From the NCBI GenBank assembly GCA_951406725.2, contig OX597836.1, positions 15,872,001 through 15,936,000 of the forward strand: a DNA stretch of 64,000 nt, written 5' to 3'. The DNA is from Octopus vulgaris (taxonomy: Eukaryota). The first letter of the stretch is position 1, and the number at the start of each line of letters is the position of its first letter. This document shows, one piece after another, positions 1-13,010 of this stretch. The notes beneath the pieces were generated by a model. That model was not told the origin of the DNA, made no database searches, and saw only the letters and a list, made by a program, of their open reading frames with translations. Position numbers and translations under genes: made by a program.

Positions 1-1160
1 CTGTCACCAACCCTCACCTGTTTCCAAGCAAGGTAATATTTCCCCATGGCAAGACATATTCTTGCTCAGTGTCAGAACGACACCACTCGTATGACAGGGA
101 CAATCATTTTACAGCTATAACATAATGTCAATACAAGGAGACACCAAACCATACAAAAGACACACACACAACATGCTTCTTTCAGTTTCCATGAACCAAA
201 TCCACTCACAAGGCTTTGGCTGGCTCAGGGCTATGGTAGGAGACACTTACCAAAGGTGTCTCACAGTGGGACTGAACCCTGAACCATGAGGTTGGTAAGC
301 AAGCTACTTACCACACAGCCACTCCTGTGCCAATGATGATGATGATGATATGTATGGGAACAAATAAACCTTATTTGGAAAATTTAAAGGGTTAGCAACA
401 AGAAGGGTATCAGGTCCCACAGAACACTGCCTCTATACAGAAGCAGTGGCATCACCACAACCACTGCTGCTGCTGCTACTACTACTACAATACCTTTCGT
501 ATCCTAGACTTTATCTCACATCAGTGTAATGTCTACACATTTAAATGCATAGATGCAACCAACACGTTGCTCTGATTGAAAAGTCATACTACCATTTAGT
601 ATTCAAGACCTACCCATCATCAACCAGGGCCCTGGATCTCTAAGGCCCAGTTCCATTTCTCATTCAGTGAAAAATCTCGTGATAGGCTGGATGGTATGGG
701 AGGGTAGGGGATCAGAAATCAGGACACAAAAGGCTAGCCCAGACAATAATTATGTCTCTTAAGGCCATCCATACTTATTACTAAAGAGCCAACACTCATT
801 ACTAGAACTCTGACAGCTAATATTGATTGACCCTTTAACATTCAGATTACTCCATCAAATGTAATGCTTATTTATTCATATAGTTTCCAATTAATCGTGC
901 ATTATCTCATAGCTTCAAGATTTTTGATGATGTGATTGTTTATTTTTAGAACGACTTTGTAAGGTAGGTCAAAGAGGCTGGATCTGGCCAGTTTGAATAC
1001 AAAATAAATAGAATATTTGAGCCAGATATGGCCAGATTAAATGCTAAATGACCATGGAGGTGTTGCAGTATATTAGCAGCAAATAGAATCTTTCCCTATA
1101 ACAAGACCAAAAAACTTGTAGAAATAAGAAAATCTTTCTACAGTTGTCAAGAAAGCTTCT

Positions 1161-1875
1161 TTAACCCTTTCATTACCAACCCAGCTGAAACTGGGTCTGG
1201 CTCTACAAATGTTTTATTTTCATAAGGTTTGAATTAAAATCTTCCACCAAACCTTAGTCATAATTAATGTTCCTAACACTAGCTGAATGATAACTAAGTT
1301 ATTTTACTAAATTCTTTGTTATATTTTAAATTAATTGAAAGAAACACAGAGTATCTCAATAGAAATACAGTAACGAAAGGGTTAAAGTCATCATGATATT
1401 TTTAACCCTTTCAATACCAACCCAGCTGAAACCGGCTCTGGCTCTGTAGTACAAATGTCTTGTTTTCATAAGGTTTGAATTAAAATCTTCCACCAAACCT
1501 TAGTCATAATTAATGTTCCTAACACTAGCTTCATGATAACTAAGTTATTTTACTAAATTCTTTGTTATATTCTAAAGTAATTGAAAGAAACACAGAGCAT
1601 CTCAACAGAAATAAGGTAACGAAAGGGTTACAGTCACCATGATATTTTTAACCCTTTTGTTACCAACCCAGCTGAAACCAGCTCTGACTTTGAGTACCAA
1701 TGTCTTGTTTTCATAAATTTTGAATTAAAATCTTCCAACAAACCTTAGTTACAATATATGTTTCTAACACTAGCTTCATGATAACTAAGTTATTTTACTA
1801 AATTCTTTGTTATATTTAAAGTAATTGAAAGAAACACAGAGCATCTCAAAACAAATACAGTAACGAAAGGGTTAA
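1161..1875. mobile_element. Tandem trimer of piggyBac-like MITE (TTAA-CCCTTT...AAAGGG-TTAA)
   Basis: Units at ~1161-1385, 1403-1630 and 1648-1875 are separated by an AGTCA(T/C)CATGATATTT spacer. Confidence 0.8.
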
Positions 1876-2409
1876 TCCTTTAGCATTCAGACTACTCTCT
1901 CAAATGTAATGTTTATTTATTCAATGAAAAAATCCAGTGAAATCTGTGAAGGTAGAGTCAGTAGATCCAGTGGTAATCTAGGTGGAATGCTGGTATATGG
2001 ATGAGGAGAAGTGCTGAAAGTTTGGGAAGAGGTTCAGATATGCAAGTCGAAAGAGTAGGATGTTCAGTCAGAATCAAACTATTTATTTATTTATTCACAT
2101 TGTTTTAAATTAACAAGATTTTGATGTTGTGATAGTTTATTTTCAGAATGACTTTGCAGGGTAGGTGTGAGAGGCTGGATCTGACCAGTGTTAACATAAA
2201 ACAGCTTGAATATTTGAGCTGGATATGGTCAGTTAAAATGCTAATGGGTTGAAACCAAAAGACTTGTAGAAATAAGAAGATCCATCCACAGTCATCAAGA
2301 AAACTTCTTTAACTCTTTAGCATTCAGATTACTCCGTCAACCGTAATGCTTATTTATTCAAAATGTTTGGAATTAATCATGCATAACCTTGCAGCTTTGA
2401 GATTTTTTA

Positions 2410-2821
2410 TTTATTATAATTATTGTTCGACCGTGGTCGAGACAATGGAATTTACCATGCTACGCCAGACTTCACGGTCCATCATGGCATTACGGAGGTC
2501 CTGTTGCTGGATGCCTGTATCCCTGGAGATTACATCAGGGTAAGAGAGTGGGTGTTTGTTTGGTGTTGTTTGGTTGGGAGCTGACTCTTCACCATCAGGT
2601 GATACCCGTCTGTTAAGATTGAGGGCATCACCGTCAATGGATGCCCTTGGAGGTGCAACGTGATCAGAGACAGGACCCAGCAAAGCAGGGGCTGGACCTA
2701 CATCCGCAGGTATACCATTAGGTCTGGTTCCCTGGGGAAGAGGAGCCCTGGTGCAGTTAATTGTAAATTCCATAGTCTTTTCAAATGGCTAATAATGTGT
2801 GCGTGCGCCACTATTACACAT
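2410..2821 (-). mobile_element. Internally deleted (bipartite) copy of the same RTE LINE
   Basis: 2422-2550 is near identical to 45847-45975 (ORF 3' end). 2770-2810 matches the leader at 18255-18298. The ORF start is fused in frame to the ORF end. Confidence 0.7.
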
Positions 2822-3504
2822 GATTTTTATGATGTGACTATTTTTAAAACAACATTATAGGATAGGTGTGAGAGGCCAGATGTGGCCCCTTTGAACATAA
2901 AATAGATAGAATATTTCGGGCCAGGTGTGGGCTGTGTTTAAATTCTAAAGAGTGAATAATATTGATTGGTAAGACAAATTAAATTGCTAAACAATCTTAA
3001 TTGATTAAACAATAATGTTGACTGTTAAAACTAACTGCTGTACTAATAATCCCAACTGATGACTAATCACCGAAATAATAATCCTGATTGATTAAGCAAT
3101 AACATCATTATGACTAATTACTGATATAATAATCCTAATTGATTAATAACACTGGTTTCAAATTTTGGCACAAGGCCAGCAATTTTGGGGAGGGGCAAGT
3201 TGATTACATTGATTCCTGTGTTTAACAGGTATTTATTTCATGGACCCCAAAAGGATGAAAGGCAAAGTCGACCCCAGTGGAATTTGAACTCAGAACATAA
3301 AGACAGACGAAGTGCCGCCAAGCATTTTGGCCAGCATTATTCTGCCAGCTCACTGCCTTAAACTGATTGATAATATTGATTGTTAAGACTACTAATCAAT
3401 GAAGTAATAAGCCTTGATTGATTACACGGTACTACTGATTGCTAAGACTAATTAAAGAAGTAATAATATTAATTCTTAAGACAGATTGTTGAAACAACAC
3501 CATT

Positions 3505-3690
3505 TATTGCTGTAGAAGGCATCTGTTGGTCTCAACAGACAATGAATCTGCATCCAAAGAAATTGTGTCAACTGCTGATGGTGGTGCAGCATCTGTTGTG
3601 GCAGTAGAGGCCCACACAGGAGTGGTGGTCACCCATACAGTGACTGCATTTGAAGGAGCTCTCTACCGGTGCTACTGGTTTTTCATTTCA
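3505..3690 (-). mobile_element. RTE-like LINE 3' end with C-terminal zinc knuckle
   Basis: Minus strand reads SSFKCSHCMGDHHSCVGLYCHNRCC, similar to the RTE motif C..C...SRIGL.SH.R.C. Confidence 0.55.
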
Positions 3691-3764
3691 ATGAGTTTAC
3701 TGGGCTTCAGATATTTGTACCCCAGTGTCACTTTGATGGCTTGTATTGCTCTCTCACTCAGTAA

Positions 3765-4290
3765 TCTCTCTCTATATAAAGCTGAAGTTGTCTGTGTATG
3801 GCAGGTTCTGAGTTCAAATTCCGCCTCGATATGGTCGATAAATTAAGTACCAGTTACGCACTGGGGTCGATATAATCGACTTAATCCCTTTGTTTGTCCC
3901 CTCTGTGTTTAACCCCTTATGGGTAGTAAAGAAATAGGTTTGGTAGCCTTCAACTAACACTATCTCCTCTGAGACCCTATAGCACAAGTTGACCAAAATT
4001 GAGAGTATGATAGAAGAAGGCTTGCTCTTCCTTCTGTAGAAGAAAGAATTCAAATTGGGCCATGTTAACACCAAAAATTATTTACATCAAAAGGGTGGGT
4101 TTTTTTCTATGAAAATCCCTATTTTTCATGATTTTTTGACTGCTGTGTCGCCATTTTTCCGTGTATTTCAACCAGAAAAATGTTCACTTAAAGAGAATAA
4201 CAAGCTACATAATGCAAAATTTTTACTTTTCAAAAATTCCAATTCTAAAGGGTTGAAACAAACCTGAGCAACGCCGGGCGATACTGTTAG
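3765..4290 (+). mobile_element. Non-autonomous Helitron (same family), interrupted by a SINE fragment at ~3806-3937
   Basis: TC start, subterminal hairpin CCTGAGCAACGCCGGG and a TTAG/T end. Confidence 0.75.
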
Positions 4291-6858
4291 TAATAATAAT
4301 AATTATAATAATAATATTTTCTACTATAGGCACAAGGACTGAAATTTTGGGGGAGAGGGTAAGTCAATTACATCGACTCCAATATTTGACTGGTACTTAA
4401 TTCATCGACCCCCACCCACCAAAGGATGAAAGACAAAGTCAACCTGATGGAATTTGAACTCAGAACGTAAAGATGGATGAAATTTCACGAAGCATTTTGT
4501 CCAGTGTGCTAATGATTCTGCCAGCTCACCACCTTAAATAAAAATACTCTTTTACTTGTTTCAGTCGTTTGACTGCGGCCATGCTGGAGCACTGCCTTTA
4601 ATCGAGCAAATCGACCCCAGGACATCCGACCAATAATTCTTTCTGGTGGTGCTCCAGCATGACCGCGGTCAAATGGCTGGAATAGGTAAAAGATAAAGAG
4701 GATATATCTGTGTATATGCGTGTGTGTGTGTGTGTGTGTGTGAGCGTAAGTATAACGTGCACCAGTGCTTTGCCAGCATCCTTACACATGCAACAACAAC
4801 AAAAGCAACAGCAATGCAGCAACAACAACAGCACTGTGCAGCTGGTCATGTGTCAACTGCATAAACAACAAATGCAACTGTTCAACGGGCTCAACAAGAA
4901 CAAGAACAACAACAACCGAACTAGATGCACCTGACTTGCGGTTGTTACATGACTAAGTGGTGTTCTACAGTCGAACAGTTGCAGGTGCTCGGTAAAGCTA
5001 GGAGCGAGGGGGCAGGGTAGTGGTGGTGGGAGGACAGCTGCCAGTCTAAATACCCTCCCCAACCACCACCACCATCTCAGGTTGGTCTGTACCCTTGAAT
5101 TTATTCAAGAGTGACCCCTGGCATTTTTTCTTTGCTAACAGCAAAAAAAAAGGTGAGGGAAGTGGAGCTTGTTTAATGTAAGCAACCCATCGCTAATGAC
5201 CTAGTCTAGGTCATTGCCATGGAGACAATATGGCGGAGAAGGATACAGGAAGACCCAGTCTCTCACTCTCTCATTCACACACACACACACACGCGCATGC
5301 GTGTGCACAGCTTCAATGGTTTCGTGCTTTCTCACTACCGGTGAGTAAAGGCATGTAGTCCAGCGGTTAGGGTGTTGCACTCATGATCATAAGACCACAG
5401 TTTCAATTCCTGGACTGGGCAGAGTGTTGTGTTCTAAAGCAAAAGTACTTCGTGTCACGTTGTTCCTCTCCCACTCAGCTGTTAATGAATTCCAATAATA
5501 GCTGGGAAGTTAACCCTGCAAAGGATCAGCATCCTGTTTAGGGGTCAGGGAGCACGTCATAATACCTATATCTTTACTACCTACAAGGGGCTAAACACAA
5601 AGCGGACAACCAAGGACAGACAAACGGATTAAGTCGATTATATCGACCCCAGTGCGTAACTGGTACTTATTTAATCGACCCCGAAAGGATGAAAGGCAAA
5701 GTCGACCTCGGCGGAAGTTGAACTCAGAACGTAGCAGCACAAGGGGCTAAATACAGAGAGGACACACGGATTAAGTCGATTATAACGACCCCAGTGCATA
5801 ACTTTATTTATTTATTTTGGCACTCAGGCTACTAACACAGAGGGGACACTACAAGGACAGAGACAATACCACAGTGGGGACAATATGGCGAAATACCTAT
5901 CTCTTTGCTACCCACAAGGGGATAAACACAGAGAGGACAAAAAAGGACAGACAAACGGATTTAGTCGATTACTTCGACCCCAGTGAATAACTGGTACTTA
6001 TTTAATCGACCCCGAAAGGATGAAAGGCAAAGTCGACCTCGGCGGAATTTGAACTCAGAACATAACGGCAGACGAAATACCGCTAAGCATTTCACCTGGC
6101 GCGCTAACGTCTCTGCCTGCTCACCGCCTTACACGTCATAATAACAGTCACTTTTAAATGCCATAGAAACCGAGTTAAGCCCCAGCTTTATGAAACCTGG
6201 GTCCCATAACGGATCTAAATGCCAAAGTCTAACTGCTGATGATTGGTGGAGAACAACAAAACACCGAAAATCCTATTGATGCTAAAAAAAACAGCTAAAT
6301 CTTCCTCAATTCATCTCTCGCTTGTTTTAAATAAAGACCGATACATTGACCGACGGAGTGACTCATATAAATTGTTGCTGCACTAATATTTGTCACTATT
6401 AATGATTCATCATCATCATCATCAAGATAGAGGAAGCCTCAATGTAACCACCTGACCTGCTAGAAATAGCAGCAGAAGCTACCTCAAACCACATGGTAAT
6501 CTCCTGTATAAGAATAAGGCCCACCATATTTTGAAACAGGCACAGGTTTGGCTGTGTGGTAAGAAGTTTGCTTCCCAACCACATGGTTCTGGGTTCAGTC
6601 CCATTAAATGGCACTTTGGTCAAGCATCTTCTACTACAGCCTTCCAATCAAAGCCTTATGAGTGGATTTGATAGATGGAAACTGAAAGAAGCCTGTCCTC
6701 TATATGTCCTATATATATATATATATACACATACATATATACATATAGTCCAACCCATGCTAGCATGGAAAGCGGACGGTAAACGATGATGATGATGATA
6801 TATAAAATACATGTATATATATATAAAATATGCATGTATGTATGTATGTACTGTAAAG

Positions 6859-7180
6859 TGAAGGTGCATGGCTTGGTGGTTAGAGCGTCAAGCTTACAAT
6901 CGTGAGGTTGAGTTCGAATCCTGGACTGGGCTGCATGTTGTGTTCTTGAGCAAGACACTTTATTTCATGTTGTTCCAGTTCACTCAGCTGTAGAAATGAT
7001 GGTGCCAAGCTGTATCGGCCCCTTTGCCTTTCCCTTGGATAACACTGGTGGCATGGAGAGGGGAGGCCGGTATGCATGGGCAACTGCTGGTCTTCCATAA
7101 ACAACCTTGTCCGGACTTGAGCCTGAGAGGGTAACTTTTTATGTGCAATCCCATGGTCATTCATGACCAAAGTGGGTCTC
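6859..7180 (+). mobile_element. tRNA-derived SINE family D (other copies ~42654-42860, 63790-63990; related 54083-54385)
   Basis: Head TGGCT.AGTGGTTAGAGCG...GAGTTCGA.TCC, then CTTGAGCAAGACACTT. Confidence 0.75.
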
Positions 7181-7672
7181 AGCATATACTGTAATTAAAC
7201 ACGCACACACACGTGTATGTGTTGATGTGTCATCATCATAATTTAACACCCTCATTCCATTCTGGCATGGGTTGGATGGTGTGACAGGATCCAATGTGGT
7301 CAATAACTGCATCAAGCTCCAATATCTGTTTGAACCTGGTTTCTACAGCTAGCTGTCCTTCCTAATGTCTCTTATGCTGAACCACTAAGTTACAGGAACA
7401 TAAACACACCAACATCAGTTGCCAAGTGCTGATGGGAGGACAAACACAAAGACACACACACACACATATATATACACACACACATATATATACACACACA
7501 CACACAACAAACTTCTTTCAGTTTCTGTCTACTAAATACACTCACAAGGGTTTGGTTGGTCCTAGACTATACTGAAGACACTTGCCCAAACTGCCACACA
7601 GTGGGACTGAACCTGGAACAATGTGGTTGGGAAGTAAGCTTCTTACCACACACCCACATCTGCTCCCATATA

Positions 7673-7708
<36 letters not shown>

Positions 7709-7715
7709 AACACAA

Positions 7716-7750
<35 letters not shown>

Positions 7751-8076
7751 GATACGTTTGTACATATTATTCTGTTACGTGTCTATAAAGTCTTTGTGTG
7801 CATATGTATGTATGTATAATGTATATCTATATGCATGGTGTGTGTGTGTGAACGCATATCTATATATATAGTTTTGTGCAGTGGCGTGTTTGTATCTATA
7901 TTTAGATACATGAGCGAATGCTATTTTGTACTCTGTATGTCCACTGACAGTGAAGTTTTGCTCCATTGTTCTGTTAGTGCTGTACACTGCGTCATACCCA
8001 GAAACACCCCTCCCTGCCAGCTCCCATCACCTGCCCCACCCATATGGCCACCCCTTATGTTCCAAGGTTTACTGAC

Positions 8077-8161
8077 CTGCTGTAGGCACTCCTCTTCAAT
8101 TCCTGGACAACCTGAGTCAGCTGTGAGTGGGTACGTGATGCATAGATGATCTTGGGTACAA
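8077..8161 (-). CDS. RTEL1: RTEL1 coding exon 3, motif Ia ([29 protein letters not shown])
   Basis: Acceptor TTCCAG| at 8162 and donor CAG|GTCAGT at 8077/8076. The exon is 85 nt (phase 1 to phase 2) and in frame with the previous exon. [16 protein letters not shown] matches RTEL1 rather than FANCJ (PKIYFGTRTHKQ). Confidence 0.95.
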
Positions 8162-9574
8162 CTGGAACATTAGAGGTTTAATTAGTGAGATGCCGTTAAC
8201 GTTAATAAGTACCAGCACATCCACACCATCGACATACAGTCAACACACACACACACACACATGTGCGCACGTGCATGCACACACTCAGACCATAAACACA
8301 TTATGAACATCAATAGACCCATACCACCACCCCCATCTCGACACAATCACCGCTAACCAACACCTCAACACAAACCCATCCACAATGCCAACACATTATC
8401 ATGTCTACACCGTCGACATGTCAATTCCTCTGCATTGTCAACACCTCAACACAACTATACCACCACTAACACCTCGACACCACCACCTTGACGCATTCAG
8501 AACACTGGTACATTAACACATACACCACCGACATGCCAACACAACTACACCGTCGAGATGTCAACACATCTGCACCGTCAACTCATCAACATGTCCACAC
8601 TGTCAATCTATCATACAAACATTACCCACAGTGTCAACACACACCTCCACATGCACAGGTCAACAACAGACCCACCCATTTAATATGGCCACCACATAGT
8701 GACATTATCAACACGGTCATTAACATAGCCAGGTAATCATTAACATATTTACATCACCGTCATCAACATATCTATCGCCACATGATGTCATCACCATGTG
8801 TATCACTACAGTCGTCATCGTGATCACGACCACCATCATCATTATCACTACCATCAACATCACCATCATCACAATTATCATCATCAACATCATCACCAAT
8901 ATAATACTTATTGCATCAATGTAATCACAGGATCAGAGAGTCAAATAATTACATTGTGGTTGTTGACATTGCTAAGTGGTTAATAAATTTGCTTTGCCAT
9001 CATGAAGTTTCAGTTTCAATCCTAAAACACGGCATCTTGAGCAAGTCTTTTTCTTTTATTAATTTCTCAGTTCAATGGACTGATCTCCCATTCAGGGGCA
9101 AAAGAGGGGACAGTGTTGTAATCTATTACCTATATGTCATGGAAACCGAATTAAGCTCCAGCTTTAAGAGTCCCACGGTGCACAACAGAACTAAGTCTAA
9201 GTTTCATTAAGATCATAAGACCATGATTTCAATTCCGTGACTGGGCAGTGTGTTGTCTTCTTGAATGAAACACTTCATTTTATGCTGCTCCAGTCCACTC
9301 AGCCACAAACGGGTCACCCTGCAACAGCTGGGAAGTGAAATTCAGTCCATGAAAATTATGTAGGTGTCAGTCTGATGGGCTGTACCTGTATTTTAAAGGT
9401 TTGGCTTTAAAAAGTACTTGTGCCCATGACACACTAAAGGCAACCGTGCTAGTGATGCATTAAAGGCACCTGTGCCAGTGACAAATTAGAGGCACCCATG
9501 CCAGGGACATGTTTAAGGGATCCATGCTGGTGACATGCTAAGGACACCAGTTCCAGTGACACATTAAGGACAGG

Positions 9575-10130
9575 TGAGGAAGCAATACCATATTTTTGGC
9601 AAGAAACTCGAGAGTGAGGAGAGCTTGGTGACAGTGAATTGTTGTTGTGAAGAATCTGCTCCACAGATCCGGTCGCTTTCCCCAAATGTGTTACCTCAAA
9701 CGCTCGATTGATGGTCTGACCCTGGGGGACAAATTCTTGATGCACAATACCACATTTCCAGGGATGGCACTCAGGATATGTCTCCCAGATCGCTCATTGT
9801 CTTCCAAGGATGTTCTTCTACTTTTGAAGCACCCTTGCATAAGACCCATTGCCCTGTCAACAAAAACTTGCCAAAGCATGCTCAATGTCTCTGTAGAAGA
9901 CTTCCCAAGCTTAACACAAAATTTCACGTTGGTTCTTTGTCCCTGTCCATGACAAAATCACAGTCTATAGTATGTATGTGATCGCAAAAACACCAAATGT
10001 CATAAGTTGCGACGTAAACACAGCAATGTCACTCAGCACACTGCTAGCTCTCACTGTGCATGCAACCATGTGCTGCCATCTGTTGGCGCAATACAAAACT
10101 AGTTTGGGAACTTTTTGATACGACCTTGTA
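9575..10130 (-). mobile_element. Internally deleted mariner relic
   Basis: KFCVKLGKSSTETL...RTSLEDNERSGR (N-terminal HTH) is joined to HQEFVPQGQTIN. A TIR-like end GGAACTTTTTGATACGACCTTGTA is at ~10107-10130. Confidence 0.8.
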
Positions 10131-10348
10131 TTTATTTCAATGAAATTGGCAAATTTTATAAAAACTGACAGTTATTTTACTTAATTCTTTGTTATATTTT
10201 AAAGTAATTGAAAGAAACACAGAACATCTCAACAGAAATATGGTAACAAAAGGGTTAAACATAATAAACACAAATAAAAAGGAGTTTTAAAAAAAGGGTC
10301 CAATTTCACTGAAATAGTTAATTCTTCAGAATAAAAACAGATATTTAC

Positions 10349-10580
10349 CAAACTCCTGTCCTCCTCCCCATGCGGCACCACTCGAGTTGGTCAGCTGTTT
10401 TGATAAACTGTCCAATATGATGTTTCCGCCACTTGCACTGCTCTCAACAAATTCCTGGGCTCTTCCTTGCCTCTTCAATGCCATCAGGGCTTTGTAGTCT
10501 TGCAGCCATGCAAGGGACGAACACAAGAGGCAGAGGGTTTTACCAGTCCCTGTAGGACTTTCCAAGATGCCGTTCTGATT
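10349..10580 (-). CDS. RTEL1: RTEL1 coding exon 2 with Walker A/motif I ([27 protein letters not shown]...GGGQEF)
   Basis: Lies inside ORF 10326..10610. Acceptor CTGCAG|AAT at 10581/10580 and donor TTG|GTAAAT at 10349/10348. The exon is 232 nt (phase 0 to phase 1). [17 protein letters not shown] is the RTEL1-type motif I. Confidence 0.95.
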
Positions 10581-10906
10581 CTGCAGGAGTGAAATGAAAA
10601 AGATAACCATTAATAAGGATTGTACGAGGGGGTGCTGAAAAGTTCCTGGATTTTAGGGTATCGTGAAAGGCCTGGTTGGAGGCCCAACCTTCTGAGTTCT
10701 TTTATAGGGCTTAGAAAACCTAAAGGACTGCAATAAGTGTGTGAATCTGAGAGGGGAATATGTTGAATGAAATCATCATTGTCCTACAATAACATGGGGG
10801 TGGTCACAATTGGAACATATTTGATCATAGGTCTACTCCACCAGAGATGACCTGGGGTTAAACAACAACAACAACAAAAGTAAAAAGGGTTATTTCATAA
10901 GCTGAC

Positions 10907-11008
10907 CTGTTGTAAACATGTGATCACCTTCTGCATGTAGTCCTTCTGGCATTCATAGGCTTCAAACGGGAATTCTATATTCACCCCCATCACATTCAGT
11001 AAAGGCAT
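10907..11008 (-). CDS. RTEL1: RTEL1 helicase, first coding exon (MPLLNVMGVNIEFPFEAYECQKDYMQKVITCLQQ)
   Basis: Manual minus-strand translation; missed by the ORF track. It matches the RTEL1 N-terminus/Q-motif (human [34 protein letters not shown]). The pyrimidine tract and AG acceptor are at 11017-11018 and the donor CAG|GTCAGC is at 10907/10906. There are 102 coding nt, phase 0. Confidence 0.93.
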
Positions 11009-11100
11009 GATGCTGGCTGAGGAAGAAAAAGGGGGGAACAAGGGGTATGGATACTGAAAAACAAAAGAAAAAAAAAGGAAAGAAATAATTATAACATTTA

Positions 11101-11839
11101 CTATCAGTATCGCCCAGCATTGCTCGGGTTTGTTTCAACCCTTTAGAATTGGAATTTTTGAAAAGTAAAAATTTTGCATTATGTAGCTTGTTATTCTCTT
11201 TAAGTGCACATTTTTCTGGTTGAAATACACCGGAAAATGGTAACACAGCAGTCAAAAACTCGTAAAAGATAGGGATCTTCACAGAAAAAAAGCACCTTTT
11301 TGATGTAAATAATTTTTGGTGTTAACATGGTCCGATTTGATTTTTATCTTCTACGGAAAGAAGAGCAAGCCTTCTTCTATCATACTCTCAATTTTGGTCA
11401 ACTTGCGCTGCATGGTCTCAGAGGAGATAGTGTTAGTTGAAGGCTACCAAACCTGCCATACACAGACAACTTCAGCTTTATATATAGACTATCAGTATCG
11501 CCCAGCATTGCTCGGGTTTGTTTCAACCCTTTAGAATTGGAATTTTTGAAAAGTAAAAATTTAGCATTATGTAGCTTGTTATTCTCTTTAAGTGAACATT
11601 TTTCTGGATGAAATACACCAAGAAATGGCGACACAGCAGTAAAAGAATCGTAAAAAAATAGGGATTTTCATAGAAAAAAAGCACCTTTTTTATGTAAATA
11701 ATTTTTGGTGTTAACACGGTTCTTCTATCATACTCTCAATTTTGATCAACTTGCGCCGCAGGGTCTCGGAGGAGATAGTGTTAGTTGAAGGCTACCAAAC
11801 CTGCCATACACAGACAACTTCAGCTTTATATAGAGAGAG
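11101..11839 (-). mobile_element. Head-to-tail dimer of non-autonomous Helitron
   Basis: Each unit has a 5' TC(TATATAAAGCTGAAG) and a 3' hairpin CCCGAGCAATGCTGGG followed by (C/A)TAG. The direct junction is at 11488/11489. Confidence 0.75.
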
Positions 11840-11874
11840 ATTAGCGAAAGAGACAGTATTAAACCTTTAGTATT

Positions 11875-12326
11875 TAACTCTTTCATTACCAAACCGGCTG
11901 AAACCAGCTCTGGCTCTGAATACAAATATCATGTTTTCATAAGTTTTGAATCAAAATCTTCCACCAAACCTTTGTCACAATTTATGTTCCTAACACTAGC
12001 TTAATGATAACTAAGTTATTTTACTAAATTCTTTGTTATATTTAAAGTAATTGAAAGACTCAATAGAAATAAGGTAACAAAAGGGTTAAAGTCACCATGA
12101 TATTTTTAACCCTTTTGATAGCAACCCACCTCTGGCTCTGAATACAAATGTCTTGTTTTCATAAATTTTGAATTAAAATCTACCACCAAAGCCTTAGTCA
12201 CAATTTATGTTCCTAACACTAGCTGAATGATAACTAGGTGATTTTTACTAAATTCTTTGTTACATATAAAGTAATTGAAAGAAACACAGAGCATCTCAAC
12301 AGAAATACAGTAACGAATGGGTTAAA
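11875..12326. mobile_element. Tandem dimer of the same piggyBac-like MITE
   Basis: Same unit and same spacer (12090-12106). A partial copy is also at ~10170-10258. Confidence 0.8.
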
Positions 12327-13010
12327 CCAGCCATACCTGGCCCAGGTGAAAGCGCATGGCTTAGTGGTTAGGGCATCGGCTCACAGCCATGAGGTAGTCT
12401 TTTACCTGGCCCAAATACTCTACTAGTCTCATGTCCTAACATTCCAGATATAGCCTCTCGTATCTACCTTCCAATGTCAGTCTCAAAATATATAATCACA
12501 CCACTGATATCTTGAAGCCACAAGACAACACATGACTAATTCAAAACAATGTGAATAAATAAGCATTACATTTGACAGCGAAATCTGAATGCTAAAGATG
12601 TAATATTTGTCCCTACTCAGACAATGGTGTTCTGTTAGAACAAACTATACTTTGGTAGTTGCCATGAGAGAACCTCTCTAGTTGGTTTTTGATGCAAAAT
12701 GCACTCTTTTACTCGTTTCAGTCATTTGATTGTGGTCATGCTGGAGCACCGCCTTTAGTCGACCAAATCGATCCCAGGACTTATTCTTTGCAAGCCTAGT
12801 ACTTATTCTATCAGTCTCTTTTGCCGAACTGCTAAGTTCAAAGGAATGTTGACCTGCCTGCCTAGCTTGTGGGATGGCATCACTTGAAAGATACAACAAT
12901 GCTAGGAAGCGCATCATTGAAACCAGCGGTGTATTGCAACATGCAATAGTCTGGCCAATAGTCATACGCACACATGCATCACTAATCGAGAGAAAGATGC
13001 GGTGTGTTCC

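Noticed and set aside
6228-6292. CTGATGA...GGTG/CACC-GAAA hammerhead-like string
   Set aside because: No stem I complementarity and stem III is not palindromic; likely chance.
1-8076. Search for the next RTEL1 exon (GSREQLC/Fe-S region)
   Set aside because: No convincing minus-strand match was found; it is presumed to lie outside the window.
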